A stretch of 27,453 nt of DNA from a bacterium (GCA_046757525.1 JBHHYI010000041.1:1-27453); one strand, 5' to 3'. Positions 8,471-17,867 are shown, numbered from the stretch's first letter. Made by a program: numbers and translations. The notes: generated by a model from the sequence alone, not told the origin.

Positions 8471-9406
8471 TTAATCAAATAATGAACTTATTGACTCTTC
8501 GCCATGAATTCTCTTAATCGCCTCTCCAAAAAGCTTAGCGGTGGAAAGAACTTCGATTCTCTTACTGTGCTTCTCAGGCGGCAACTGCACGGTGTCCGTC
8601 ACCGTCATTTTGGTGATAGGTGCCTCCTCAATTCTATTGATCGCGGGACCCGAGAGAATGGGGTGGGTACAGGCTACAAATACTTCCTTGGCTTGCTTTT
8701 CCTTCAGCGCAAGCGTGGCGTTGTACAAGGTGCCAGCCGTATCGACGATGTCGTCAATGATGAGTATGTTGCGGTCTTTTACATCGCCGATAATGTGCAT
8801 CACCTCAGTTTCGTTGTGTTTGGGTCTGCGTTTATCGATCACGGCCAGGGGCGCGTGCAGTCGCTTAGCGTAAGCCCGGGCCATGCGAATGCCGCCGATA
8901 TCCGGGGATACGACGGTCAAGTCTGAAATGTCCAACTCACGATAATGATCGCAAAAGATCATAGCTGAATACAGGTGGTCCATAGGTATGTCGAAAAAAC
9001 CTTGAATCTGGGGGGCGTGCAGATCCATGGTGAGCACGCGATCGGCCCCGGCCGTGGTTATGAGATTCGCCATGAGCTTGGCGGAGATCGAAACCCGGGG
9101 TTGATCCTTCCTGTCCTGTCGGGCGTAGCCAAAATATGGAATGACCGCCGTGATTCTTTCTGCAGAGGCCCTTCTGGCAGCATCGATCATGATCAGCAGT
9201 TCCAGCAAATTTCTTGGTGGCGAATTGGTGGGTTGGATGATGAAAACGTCCGCACCGCGAATGTTGACGCTGTATTTAACCCAGATTTCGCCGTCGCTGA
9301 AGTAGCTGATTTCCGCCGATCCCAGGGAGGTCTCCAAATATTCAGCGATTTTCTTAGCCAAATCTATGTTGGCATTGCCAGAAAAAATGATCGGGTTGGG
9401 TTGCAT
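8471..9406 (-). CDS. prs: ribose-phosphate pyrophosphokinase
   Basis: FSDGEI, YFGYARQDRK, DLHAPQIQGFFD, VSPDIGG and IIDDIVDTAGT. Confidence 0.98.
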   Translation of the reverse strand: MQPNPIIFSGNANIDLAKKIAEYLETSLGSAEISYFSDGEIWVKYSVNIRGADVFIIQPTNSPPRNLLELLIMIDAARRASAERITAVIPYFGYARQDRKDQPRVSISAKLMANLITTAGADRVLTMDLHAPQIQGFFDIPMDHLYSAMIFCDHYRELDISDLTVVSPDIGGIRMARAYAKRLHAPLAVIDKRRPKHNETEVMHIIGDVKDRNILIIDDIVDTAGTLYNATLALKEKQAKEVFVACTHPILSGPAINRIEEAPITKMTVTDTVQLPPEKHSKRIEVLSTAKLFGEAIKRIHGEESISSLFD

Positions 9407-9433
9407 CGCTATCGCTTCACCGATAAGTTGACA

Positions 9434-9468
9434 TAGAAAATGACGGAACCCGCTTCCGAGCCCGTCAT
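9434..9468 (-). terminator. hairpin with U tract downstream of tRNA-Gln
   Basis: Minus strand ATGACGGGCTCG-GAAG-CGGGTTCCGTCAT followed by TTTCT. Confidence 0.55.
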
Positions 9469-9496
9469 CTAAGATTCGAATTAGTCGTTGTCTAAG

Positions 9497-9568
9497 CTGG
9501 GGCGGGAGGATTCGAACCTCCGAATGCGGGGACCAAAACCCCGTGCCTTGCCGCTTGGCGACGCCCCA
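9497..9568 (-). tRNA. tRNA-Gln(TTG)
   Basis: TGGGGCG/CGCCCCA acceptor stem, anticodon arm CGGGG-TTTTGGT-CCCCG and T arm GGAGGTTCGAATCCTCC. CCA is not encoded. Usual ispE-tRNAGln-prs position. Confidence 0.97.
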
Positions 9569-9627
9569 GTTAGTAAAGCTTGTTTAGTTGTTGAATTTAT
9601 TTTCTACCACGTAAGCAGGATTTAATA

Positions 9628-9945
9628 TTAAGCCAATTCTTCCAATCTCGCATTGACACTTTCAAATTCTTCCTGAAAATCGCCCCCCTCTTGCTCTAAG
9701 GCTTTCCGGTATTCCGTTAAGATGTCCCTTTCGATGCTCTGCCTGAATTCGTTCCGAATGGGATGAGCAATGTCGCGATACGTGCCATCTTCCATCTTGC
9801 GGCTGGGCATGCTTATGAAATATCCACTGGCACCTTTGATGACCTTCATACCCCGCACAACAAAGACATCATCAAAAGTGACATTGACAAAAGCTTTTAG
9901 TTTTTCTTCATTTCTCAGGCTAATGGTGATTTCTGTTATCTCCAT
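9628..9945 (-). CDS. spoVG: SpoVG family nucleic-acid-binding regulator
   Basis: MEITEI...LKAFVNVTFDDVFVVRGMKVI...FISMPSRK...YRDIAHPI. Start ATG 9945 after GGAGG. Confidence 0.95.
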   Translation of the reverse strand: MEITEITISLRNEEKLKAFVNVTFDDVFVVRGMKVIKGASGYFISMPSRKMEDGTYRDIAHPIRNEFRQSIERDILTEYRKALEQEGGDFQEEFESVNARLEELA

Positions 9946-10019
9946 GCCTCCCTCCATAGAAATGGTGTGCAAACCTCAACGCAATCAAAAATATTATCAA
10001 TTAAATCCCAACGACACGC

Positions 10020-10892
10020 TCAACTCATTTGACAATATCCCCATTTTATGGGTCGCGTTATGAAAGTTGTGTATTTATTTTTGTAAACCTCTTGTGCCTC
10101 TAAAGCCTCATGTTCATTTTGAAAAACCCCGTATACGGTCGAACCGGACCCCGACAGGCTGGCCAAGGTTGCGTTGCTTGCCAAAAGCCTCTCCTTTATC
10201 GAAGCCAGAACCGGAAATCTCTTGAAGACAAAAACCTCGAAATCGTTAGCCAATTCTCGCAAAATCTTGCAATCAATTTTTTTACCCATAAGATTGCGTA
10301 ATTTAATATTTTTTTTGCTTATTGTCAAGTTTAAATTAATTTGACCATAAGCCCAGGAAGTCGATATTTCAAAACCAGGATACACAACCAGAACGACATG
10401 GTTTTCTAAAACAGCTCCTGGCACGAGAACATCGCCTTTGCCCACAGCCAACGCAGTGCCTCCCTGGATGAAAAACGGAACGTCGGAACCCAATCGCGAC
10501 GCCAGGGACGTTAGCTGCGGGGGCCTCAAATTCAGTTGCCATAGTTTGTTCAACCCCAAAAGCACCATCGCAGCATTGCTGCTGCCACCCCCGAGACCGG
10601 CGCCCATGGGAATCCTCTTGTTTAAGTGAATCGCAATCCCCTTGCGCACCCCGGTTTCGGCCTTGAGCATTGTGGCTGCACGCACACACAGATTGTTTTC
10701 ACCCCCCGGCACACACACTTGGTCACAACGAAAGGCTACTTCCGGGCCTTCTCGAGGACTTAATTCGATTTCATCGCGCAAATCAATCTGTTGCAGAATG
10801 GTTTCGATCTCATGAAACCCGTCTTCCCGTTTTCCCAGGATGTTCAAGCCCAGGTTGATCTTGGCGTAAGATGGCAACGTCAGGGAATTCAT
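10020..10892 (-). CDS. ispE: 4-(cytidine 5'-diphospho)-2-C-methyl-D-erythritol kinase
   Basis: AKINLGL, KRIPMGAGLGGGSSNAA, LGSDVPFF and LSGSGSTV. Confidence 0.97.
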   Translation of the reverse strand: MNSLTLPSYAKINLGLNILGKREDGFHEIETILQQIDLRDEIELSPREGPEVAFRCDQVCVPGGENNLCVRAATMLKAETGVRKGIAIHLNKRIPMGAGLGGGSSNAAMVLLGLNKLWQLNLRPPQLTSLASRLGSDVPFFIQGGTALAVGKGDVLVPGAVLENHVVLVVYPGFEISTSWAYGQINLNLTISKKNIKLRNLMGKKIDCKILRELANDFEVFVFKRFPVLASIKERLLASNATLASLSGSGSTVYGVFQNEHEALEAQEVYKNKYTTFITRPIKWGYCQMS

Positions 10893-10919
10893 TCAAATCA
10901 CTTGCCTGGTAACGTATCG

Positions 10920-11384
10920 TTATGTTCTATGTTCCCTAAATTTTTGCAGCAACAACTGCTTGTTGGCTTTTGAAATCTCCCGGCCTTGGATGGGAAAACC
11001 GGGGGTTTCCCTGGCTAACTTGCGGAGGAGTCTGACAGGCATGGTTTCTAAATCTTGTGGGCTTTGAGGAACGACTTTTGAATGCTCGCTGGACCATCCA
11101 TTCAATTCTTCATAAACGATATATTCCGTGTCCTCGTGTGGTCTGGGAATGATATGGGTGGAGATCAATTCTCCAATTTGGGCCGCAGCTTTGGCTCCCG
11201 CATCCACTGCGGCTTTGACAGCCCCGACTTCACCAACAACTTTGACGGTTATCAGCGCGGCTAAGGTTTTCTCGGCGCCCAGCAGTCTCACTTTAGAGGC
11301 TTTCACCATGGCGTCGGCGGCTTCGATGGCACCGACCAAACCTTTGGTCTCAACAAAACCGAGCGCTGTCTCTTGCATGGGCAT
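10920..11384 (-). CDS. BMC-H microcompartment shell protein with C-terminal extension
   Basis: [24 protein letters not shown]...[13 protein letters not shown]...HIIPRPH, plus about 65 extra C-terminal residues. Confidence 0.93.
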   Translation of the reverse strand: MPMQETALGFVETKGLVGAIEAADAMVKASKVRLLGAEKTLAALITVKVVGEVGAVKAAVDAGAKAAAQIGELISTHIIPRPHEDTEYIVYEELNGWSSEHSKVVPQSPQDLETMPVRLLRKLARETPGFPIQGREISKANKQLLLQKFREHRT

Positions 11385-11422
11385 GGGAAAATCGATGTTT
11401 CTGGGTGTTGAGAGAAACTGCC

Positions 11423-11713
11423 TTACTTCTCAATATCTTCTCGTTTCGGGAGGATCATTTCCACTTCGCTATGCGGCCTTGGAATGACGTGGACCGAAAC
11501 CAACTCGCCAACCTTTTCAGCGGCGGCGGCACCGGCATCCGTGGCTGCCTTTACCGCACCCACGTCTCCTCTCACCATGACGGTTACATACCCACCTCCG
11601 ATTTTTTCCTTGCCAAGAAGCGCCACTTTAGCAGCTTTAACCATGGCGTCGGCGGCCTCAATAGCGCCTACCAAACCTCTTGTCTCTATCATACCTAAAG
11701 CATCTAAGCTCAT
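11423..11713 (-). CDS. BMC-H microcompartment shell protein (EutM/PduA-like)
   Basis: [24 protein letters not shown]...[25 protein letters not shown]...VHVIPRPH. Confidence 0.97.
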   Translation of the reverse strand: MSLDALGMIETRGLVGAIEAADAMVKAAKVALLGKEKIGGGYVTVMVRGDVGAVKAATDAGAAAAEKVGELVSVHVIPRPHSEVEMILPKREDIEK

Positions 11714-11792
11714 AGGCAGGATCTCCTTCCCTAATTATTATTGATTAAATTCTCAATTAAAAAAGACTTAAACACCTCGAGAAAAACGCTAC

Positions 11793-11821
11793 AAGATACT
11801 AAATCTTTTGTGGATTGTCAA
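11793..11821 (-). promoter_or_regulatory. sigma70-like promoter for the BMC-H/ispE run
   Basis: Minus strand TTGACA-17 nt-TATCTT. Confidence 0.7.
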
Positions 11822-11864
11822 CGATTTTTTCCTCAGTTGTCAAAAATCCTTAACATCAAATAGG

Positions 11865-11893
11865 TTGCTTTTTTGGTTTATATTATCTAAATT
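11865..11893 (+). promoter_or_regulatory. sigma70-like promoter for lpxH
   Basis: TTGCTT-17 nt-TAAATT, with 6 nt between the -10 box and the GTG start. Confidence 0.55.
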
Positions 11894-11899
11894 TTTCCT

Positions 11900-12622
11900 G
11901 TGGAAAGAGCATATTTCATCTCAGACGCGCATTTGGGTGCCGACAAAAAGGAAATAGAGAAGATCAAAGAAGAGAGGTTGTTGGCGTTTTTCAATGCGAT
12001 TCAAGACCAGGCCGATTATTTGTACATCGTAGGCGATTTTTTCGAATTTTGGTTCGAATATCGTCAGGTGGTGCCAAAGTGCAATTTGAGAATATTGGCA
12101 AAACTGCTACAATTGGCTGAAGCAGGCGTTACAGTTCGCTATTTGGCTGGCAATCACGATCTTTGGCTGGGTAGCTTCCTGGAAAGGGAAATAGGCATTG
12201 CCATATACCACGAGCCGTTAGAGGCCGTTCACAACGATTTGAAGCTCTACATCGCCCACGGCGACGGCCTCACCAGTGGAGACGCCAAATACAAAATTCT
12301 CAAGCGTATTTTCAAGAATCCGGTCAACATCTGCTTGTACCGAATGCTCCACCCGGATATCGGCATTCCTTTAGCCAAATTTGTGTCAAGAAGAAGCAGA
12401 ACCAAAGGGGAAAACAAGTTCGCCACCGACTTTCGCAACTTTGCTGTGGCAAAGTTCAAACAAGGCTACGATGGTGTCATATTGGGGCATACTCATAGAG
12501 CCATATTTGAAATCATCGACGACAGCTATTACGTAAACCTGGGCGATTGGATGAGGAGGTTTACCTATTTGGAATTAAATGGGGTCCACTTTCAGTTGAA
12601 TAGCTGGAACCACGGTCCTTAA
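11900..12622 (+). CDS. lpxH: UDP-2,3-diacylglucosamine diphosphatase (LpxH/LpxH2-like metallophosphoesterase)
   Basis: FISDAHLG, VGDFFEFW, GNHD, AHGDG, GHTH and NLGDW. Confidence 0.85.
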   Translation: MERAYFISDAHLGADKKEIEKIKEERLLAFFNAIQDQADYLYIVGDFFEFWFEYRQVVPKCNLRILAKLLQLAEAGVTVRYLAGNHDLWLGSFLEREIGIAIYHEPLEAVHNDLKLYIAHGDGLTSGDAKYKILKRIFKNPVNICLYRMLHPDIGIPLAKFVSRRSRTKGENKFATDFRNFAVAKFKQGYDGVILGHTHRAIFEIIDDSYYVNLGDWMRRFTYLELNGVHFQLNSWNHGP

Positions 12623-12700
12623 TAATAGAGGTAACGCGGGGAACCAGGCTTTGAGTCGGGGGTATAAAAACCAAAGCAAATCTATTGGTTTGAGTGAATT

Positions 12701-14911
12701 ATGAAAAGAAAAACACGAGATTCGGAGAGCCGGAAGAACCATTCATTTTTTGTTGGCAATCCCGGCGCCCAACTTCGAAGCAGCAAGGCCGCGATTCTCT
12801 TTTCCCTCGGCTTCGTCGTCCTGTTGGTAGGGTACTTTTATCTGTTCTTCATCAGCCGCAATTTGCCTTCCTTGCAGCAACTCGAAGATTATCGTCCCAA
12901 GTTGGCTTCAAAAGTATATTCCGCCGATATGCACATCATCAAGGAATATTATGAACAAAAAAGAAGCTTTGTGAGTTTCGAGAGTATTCCCGACACTCTA
13001 AAACGGGCCGTGATCGCCACCGAAGACAGAAGATTTTACCAACACTGGGGCATGGATTTGCGCAGATGGCCGCGCATCATCTTGATCAACCTTTTGAGTC
13101 TTAGCTACAAGCAAGGCGCCAGCACCATCACGCAGCAGTTGGCCAAGCAGCTTTACCTGTCGGCGGAAAAAACTATCTCGCGCAAACTCAAGGAGATTTT
13201 GACCGCCATTCAAATTGAGAGGACCTACACCAAAAACGAGATCCTCGAGTTGTATTTGAACCACATGTATTTCGGTAACCGGGCGTACGGGATTGAATCC
13301 GCGGCTCACAACTATTTTGGCAAGAAGTTGAATGAACTAAGCCTCGATGAATGTGCTTTGTTGATCGGACTCTTGAAAGGCCCGGAATACTACTCGCCGT
13401 TCCGACATCCGGACCGGGCCAAGAACAGAAGAAATCTGGTGCTCTCGCAAATGTTGGATTTCGGCGTCATCACCCAGGAAGAGTACGATCATTACACTGC
13501 ACTGCCGATTCACGTCCTAAAATACGATTCGCAAAAATCTCAGATCGCGCCCTATTTTACCGAGTATATTCGTCAGAAATTACAAGCAAAATACGGGCAC
13601 GATCTTTACACCGAGGGCTTTTCGATCTACACGACTTTAGATACCCGCGCCCAGGCTTGTGCTGAAGCAGCGGTCAAGAAACAGCTCAAAGTTTTGCAAG
13701 AAAACATGAAGACCCGATTCTACAAGAACAAAGATTTCAGGCACCAGATTCTTGCAAAGCTGAAAGATGTGGGCGAGGTGAAAAGCTTCATGCAAGATAC
13801 CACGGCGGTGGATTCTGTATTGAACAAATATGCGGCTGTGCAAACCGCGCTGATCTCTCTGGATCCGCGCAACGGTCACATATTAGCCTGGATCGGCGGC
13901 CGCGATTTTAATGAATCCAAATTCAATCGTGTCTATCAAGCGCGGCGACAACCCGGCTCAGCCTTCAAACCCTTCATCTATACCGTAGCCATCGATAACG
14001 GCTACCCTACAACGCACGAAGAGCTCAACCAACCGGTGGTGGTTTTCCTGGAAAACGGCGAACGCTGGTCGCCGCAAAACTACGATTTGACCGTCGGAGG
14101 GCCTACCACCATGCGCGAAGGTCTCAGGCGGTCTTTGAATTTGGTAACCATAAGAGTTCTGCAAAATGTCATCCAAAAGCCCAGCCTGGTGGTCGACTAT
14201 GCCAAAAAAATGGGAATCAAGTCCCCTCTGCAAGCGGTCGACGCCATCGCGCTGGGAGCATCCGATGTCACCCCGTTGGAGATAACGTCCGCTTACGGCG
14301 TGTTCGCTAACGGTGGGGTGCGCGTCGAACCGATTGCGATTCTGCGGGTTGAAGACAAAAACGGCAACGTGCTTGAAGAGAACCGACCCAACAGCCAGGA
14401 AGTGCTGCGGAAACAGACAGCCTATATCATGACAGACATGCTTCAAACCGTCATTAACCATGGCACAGGGGGAAGTGCCAGGTGGAAATATCACTTCTAC
14501 AGACCAGCGGGCGGTAAAACAGGAACTACGGACGATTACAGCAATGCCTGGTTCGTCGGCTTCACGCCGCAAATCGCAACCGGAGTCTGGGTCGGCATAG
14601 ACGACTTCGCCATCAGTCTGGGACACGGTGAAACGGGTTCCAGGGCGGCCTTGCCTATCTGGGCACCGTACATGAAAAGCGTGCATGACACTCTGGGCCT
14701 GCCCAAGTTGGATTTCCAGATGCCTGAGGGGGTAGTGCGCGTGGAGATTTGTAAAGACACCAAGAAATTGGCTAACGACGTCTGTCCCAATATCATGGAA
14801 GAAGTCTTCGAATCGGAGTTTGCCCCCACCGAACACTGCGATTTACATGTGAGTTTTACCAATAGAGATCGTTCCAGGAAATCCAAGCGAACGAAAAAGG
14901 TGAGATTTTGA
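12701..14911 (+). CDS. class A penicillin-binding protein (PBP1A family)
   Basis: Transglycosylase motifs EDRRFYQHWG, GASTITQQL and RKLKE; transpeptidase motifs SAFK, SLN and KTGT. Confidence 0.95.
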   Translation: MKRKTRDSESRKNHSFFVGNPGAQLRSSKAAILFSLGFVVLLVGYFYLFFISRNLPSLQQLEDYRPKLASKVYSADMHIIKEYYEQKRSFVSFESIPDTLKRAVIATEDRRFYQHWGMDLRRWPRIILINLLSLSYKQGASTITQQLAKQLYLSAEKTISRKLKEILTAIQIERTYTKNEILELYLNHMYFGNRAYGIESAAHNYFGKKLNELSLDECALLIGLLKGPEYYSPFRHPDRAKNRRNLVLSQMLDFGVITQEEYDHYTALPIHVLKYDSQKSQIAPYFTEYIRQKLQAKYGHDLYTEGFSIYTTLDTRAQACAEAAVKKQLKVLQENMKTRFYKNKDFRHQILAKLKDVGEVKSFMQDTTAVDSVLNKYAAVQTALISLDPRNGHILAWIGGRDFNESKFNRVYQARRQPGSAFKPFIYTVAIDNGYPTTHEELNQPVVVFLENGERWSPQNYDLTVGGPTTMREGLRRSLNLVTIRVLQNVIQKPSLVVDYAKKMGIKSPLQAVDAIALGASDVTPLEITSAYGVFANGGVRVEPIAILRVEDKNGNVLEENRPNSQEVLRKQTAYIMTDMLQTVINHGTGGSARWKYHFYRPAGGKTGTTDDYSNAWFVGFTPQIATGVWVGIDDFAISLGHGETGSRAALPIWAPYMKSVHDTLGLPKLDFQMPEGVVRVEICKDTKKLANDVCPNIMEEVFESEFAPTEHCDLHVSFTNRDRSRKSKRTKKVRF

Positions 14912-14916
14912 TCATA

Positions 14917-15041
14917 CTAGTAGCGTGATTCCTAATTACTGTTGCAAACCCTGACAGGGTTTCATTGAACGATCACAGCTATAGTTTTGCCGTTCAGAAC
15001 CCTGTCAGGGTTGATATGTTAATTGAGAATCGCTCGTCTAG
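14917..15041. mobile_element. MITE-like element with internal REP-like palindromes
   Basis: CTAG at both ends and imperfect terminal IRs (AGCGTGATTCCTAATTA / TAATTGAGAATCGCT). Inside is an inverted pair AAACCCTGACAGGGTTT (14946-14962) and AACCCTGTCAGGGTT (14998-15012). Confidence 0.55.
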
Positions 15042-15053
15042 GCAGCGATTGGG

Positions 15054-16403
15054 CTACGGCTCGAAATGCTTTTCTCCTGAAAAATCGATATAACCCAGGA
15101 TCAGAGGATCGGGCTTAACAGGACCCTCGGCAATCCTGAAAGCCCCCAAAACAGCATTCCCAAACTTTTCCAACAGATTCAAATCGCTTGAAAACGCCTC
15201 GGCAAGCGTGTCCCCTGCCCTTACCACATCTCCTACTTTTTTGTGCAAGTAAATACCAGAGGTATAATCGATGCCGTCTGCCATGGTCTCCCGACCGGCT
15301 CCAAGCGCCATGGAGATGACCCCGATTTGGCGCGCATGAATGGCCGCAACCAGGCCGTCAGTAGGGGCAGCTATTTCAACGCGATATTTGGCCTCTGGAT
15401 ATGTTTCCGGTTTTTCGACCACAGCGCAATCCCCGCCTTGCATTTCTACGATTTTCAGAAATCTCTCAAAAGCTTCGCCGCTATGCAGTTTATTTTCCAA
15501 AACAATTCTGCCTTCGCCTTCGTCACTGGCCAGACCGCCCAGCACAAGCAGTTTTGTGGCCAATGTCAAGGTCACCTCCGTCAAATCTGCCGGGCCAGCG
15601 CCTTTCAGCGTCTCAATGGCTTCTCTGGTTTCCAGCCAGTTGCCAACTGCGTTGCCCAGGGGCTGCTCCATAGCGGTGATGTAAGCAGCGGTCTTCAGGT
15701 CGAACTTTTCTGCGGTCTTGACCAGACTTCTGGCCAGGGCCCAGGCCCGCTCCGGCTGGTCGAAAATGGCGCCGCTGCCCGCTTTGACGTCCAGCACCAA
15801 AACGTCGATGCCTTCGGCCATTTTTTTGCTGAGAATGCTCGCTGTGATGAGAGGAATGGAATTTACGGTGGCAGTTGCGTCGCGCAGGGCGTACATTTTC
15901 TTGTCTGCCGGACACAAGTTCTTCGTCTGACCGATGAGCACAACACCGATATCCTGCAATTGCGTCCGCAGGCTCTCAGGGTCTAGATCGGTTTTAAAGC
16001 CGGGGATGGCCTCTAACTTGTCCAGAGTGCCACCGGTGTGGGCAAGCGCACGGCCCGAAATCATGGGTACCACCAAACCAGCGCAAGCTAAAAGCGGGGC
16101 CAGGACGAGCGACACCTTGTCGCCGACGCCACCCGTGCTGTGCTTGTCTGCCTTCACGCCGGGGATCGAAGTCAGATTCAAGACCTTGCCCGAGTCGCGC
16201 ATGATTTGGGTCAAGGCCGCGGACTCGTCGAAAGTCATGCCTTGAAAATAGACCGCCATGAGAAAGGCAGACATCTGATAGTCCGGGATGCCATCGTTGA
16301 CATAACCCGTAATCAAGTATTGCAATTCTTCTGGACTTAGCGCCTTGCCGTCCCGTTTCTTTGCAATCAGGTCAATGAGGTTCATTGGTTTATCTTTAGC
16401 CAT
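15054..16403 (-). CDS. pdp: pyrimidine-nucleoside/thymidine phosphorylase
   Basis: KKRDG, DKHSTGGVGDK, SGRALAHTGGTLDKLE, LRDATAT and SILSKK. Confidence 0.95.
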   Translation of the reverse strand: MAKDKPMNLIDLIAKKRDGKALSPEELQYLITGYVNDGIPDYQMSAFLMAVYFQGMTFDESAALTQIMRDSGKVLNLTSIPGVKADKHSTGGVGDKVSLVLAPLLACAGLVVPMISGRALAHTGGTLDKLEAIPGFKTDLDPESLRTQLQDIGVVLIGQTKNLCPADKKMYALRDATATVNSIPLITASILSKKMAEGIDVLVLDVKAGSGAIFDQPERAWALARSLVKTAEKFDLKTAAYITAMEQPLGNAVGNWLETREAIETLKGAGPADLTEVTLTLATKLLVLGGLASDEGEGRIVLENKLHSGEAFERFLKIVEMQGGDCAVVEKPETYPEAKYRVEIAAPTDGLVAAIHARQIGVISMALGAGRETMADGIDYTSGIYLHKKVGDVVRAGDTLAEAFSSDLNLLEKFGNAVLGAFRIAEGPVKPDPLILGYIDFSGEKHFEP

Positions 16404-16405
16404 TC

Positions 16406-17248
16406 CTATTTTGGGGAAACAATCGCTACGCTGGCTGAAGCTCCGATACGCGTGGCCCCGGCTTGCACCATTCGCATGGCATTCTCATAATCGCGGATGC
16501 CACCGGCCGCCTTGACTCCCATTTCCGTACCTACTACTTTTCGCATCAAAGCCACATCCCCCAAAGAGGCGCCGGATTTGCCGAACCCGGTTGAAGTCTT
16601 CACAAAAGCGGCGCCGGCCGCTTTGGCCAGCAGGCTGCCCTGGATCTTTTCCTCATCGGTGAGATAACAGGTCTCTAAGATCACTTTGACATGCGCCCGC
16701 CGGCCGGCTGCTTCGACAACCGCACCTATGTCTTTTTCCACAAGGTCATAATCGCCCGATTTTAGCCGCCCGATATTGATCACCATGTCGATCTCATCGG
16801 CACCTTCTTGCACAGCGTGTCTGGTTTCAAAAGCCTTGGCTGCCGTGGTTGTGGCCCCTAATGGAAAACCGATGACCGCGCAGACCAAAACGCCCGAACC
16901 GCGAATCTGCTCGCGACAGAAACGTACCCAGGTTGGATTGACGCAAACCGAAGCAAAGCCATAGCGCACCGCCTCGTCGCAAAGTTTGCTGATTTGATCC
17001 TGAGTGGCTTCGGGTTTCAACAAGGTGTGATCGATCAGTTTTGCCAGGTCCTGCTGAATGGGCCCCAGTTCAGGTCCGGCGCCGACCCGATTGGCGCCGT
17101 TTTCCACGATGCCGTTTATGATTTGACTGCGGCATTCCGGGCAGACCCAGCACCAGTTGCATGCCGGCGCATTGAGGCTTTTGCCGTCGGAGTTTTTTAC
17201 CCCAGTTATTTCGTCAACCACTTTGTCGATGAGCTGATCGATATCCAT
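16406..17248 (-). CDS. deoC: deoxyribose-phosphate aldolase with N-terminal extension
   Basis: [47 protein letters not shown] and GATRIGAS. Likely start ATG 17248 (ORF track 17308). Confidence 0.96.
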   Translation of the reverse strand: MDIDQLIDKVVDEITGVKNSDGKSLNAPACNWCWVCPECRSQIINGIVENGANRVGAGPELGPIQQDLAKLIDHTLLKPEATQDQISKLCDEAVRYGFASVCVNPTWVRFCREQIRGSGVLVCAVIGFPLGATTTAAKAFETRHAVQEGADEIDMVINIGRLKSGDYDLVEKDIGAVVEAAGRRAHVKVILETCYLTDEEKIQGSLLAKAAGAAFVKTSTGFGKSGASLGDVALMRKVVGTEMGVKAAGGIRDYENAMRMVQAGATRIGASASVAIVSPK

Positions 17249-17346
17249 TTTGATTTTGTCCACTTTTTGTTTTTCAGCGATTCTGACCGTTTGCCCCCAA
17301 AAGCGCAAAGGCGCTTAGCAAATCTGATGGTACGGGCGTCTTTATT

Positions 17347-17640
17347 TCATTTTCGAGACTGCCAGTAGCCCGGCTTTTGGTGAAGGTGTGTCACTGCAAG
17401 TATGATGATTGATTCAGACTCAATCCGATAAACCAAGCCATAGGGAAACCGTTTCAGAGAATAACGTCGAGATTCTCCCTGATAAACAGGCCAAGCCATT
17501 GGAAACTCTTGTATCTGGGCAAATCCGTCTTCTATTTCTCTAAGAAATTGGTCTCCAAGCCCTCTTACTCTTTTTTCATAATACTGAGAAGCAGCCCTGA
17601 TTTCCTTTTCGGCCTCATGATGAATTTCTATTCTGTGCAT
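17347..17640 (-). CDS. RelE/ParE family type II toxin
   Basis: HHEAEKEI...YYE...GLGDQF...RRYSLKRFPYGLVY...ILAVTHLHQKPGYW. Confidence 0.9.
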   Translation of the reverse strand: MHRIEIHHEAEKEIRAASQYYEKRVRGLGDQFLREIEDGFAQIQEFPMAWPVYQGESRRYSLKRFPYGLVYRIESESIIILAVTHLHQKPGYWQSRK

Positions 17641-17867
17641 CGGAGTTGTTCACAAGCTTCCCTGAGAACTTGGTCCGCTGGTTTGCAAATAGCTTCCCCG
17701 TCTCTAATTTCCTGGTCTCTTCGCTGAATCTCCAAAAGCCACGCGGACCTTATGTCATCATTCTCTTTTTCATCCAGGCTTTGAATAAGTATCTCCGCTA
17801 GCTCAGCCCGCTTTTCGGCTGGTAAAGATAGGATTTGCGACGTGATCTGTTCAAACTTTATCATCAA
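17628..17867 (-). CDS. addiction-module antitoxin
   Basis: LSLPAEKRAELAEILIQSL...AWLLEIQRR. Overlaps the toxin start. Confidence 0.88.
   Translation of the reverse strand: MMIKFEQITSQILSLPAEKRAELAEILIQSLDEKENDDIRSAWLLEIQRRDQEIRDGEAICKPADQVLREACEQLRCTE

Noticed and set aside
13958..14836. 292-aa antisense ORF inside the PBP1A gene, and similar antisense ORFs in pdp, the mutase and the M28 gene
   Set aside because: Shadow ORFs opposite well-supported genes, with no motifs of their own.
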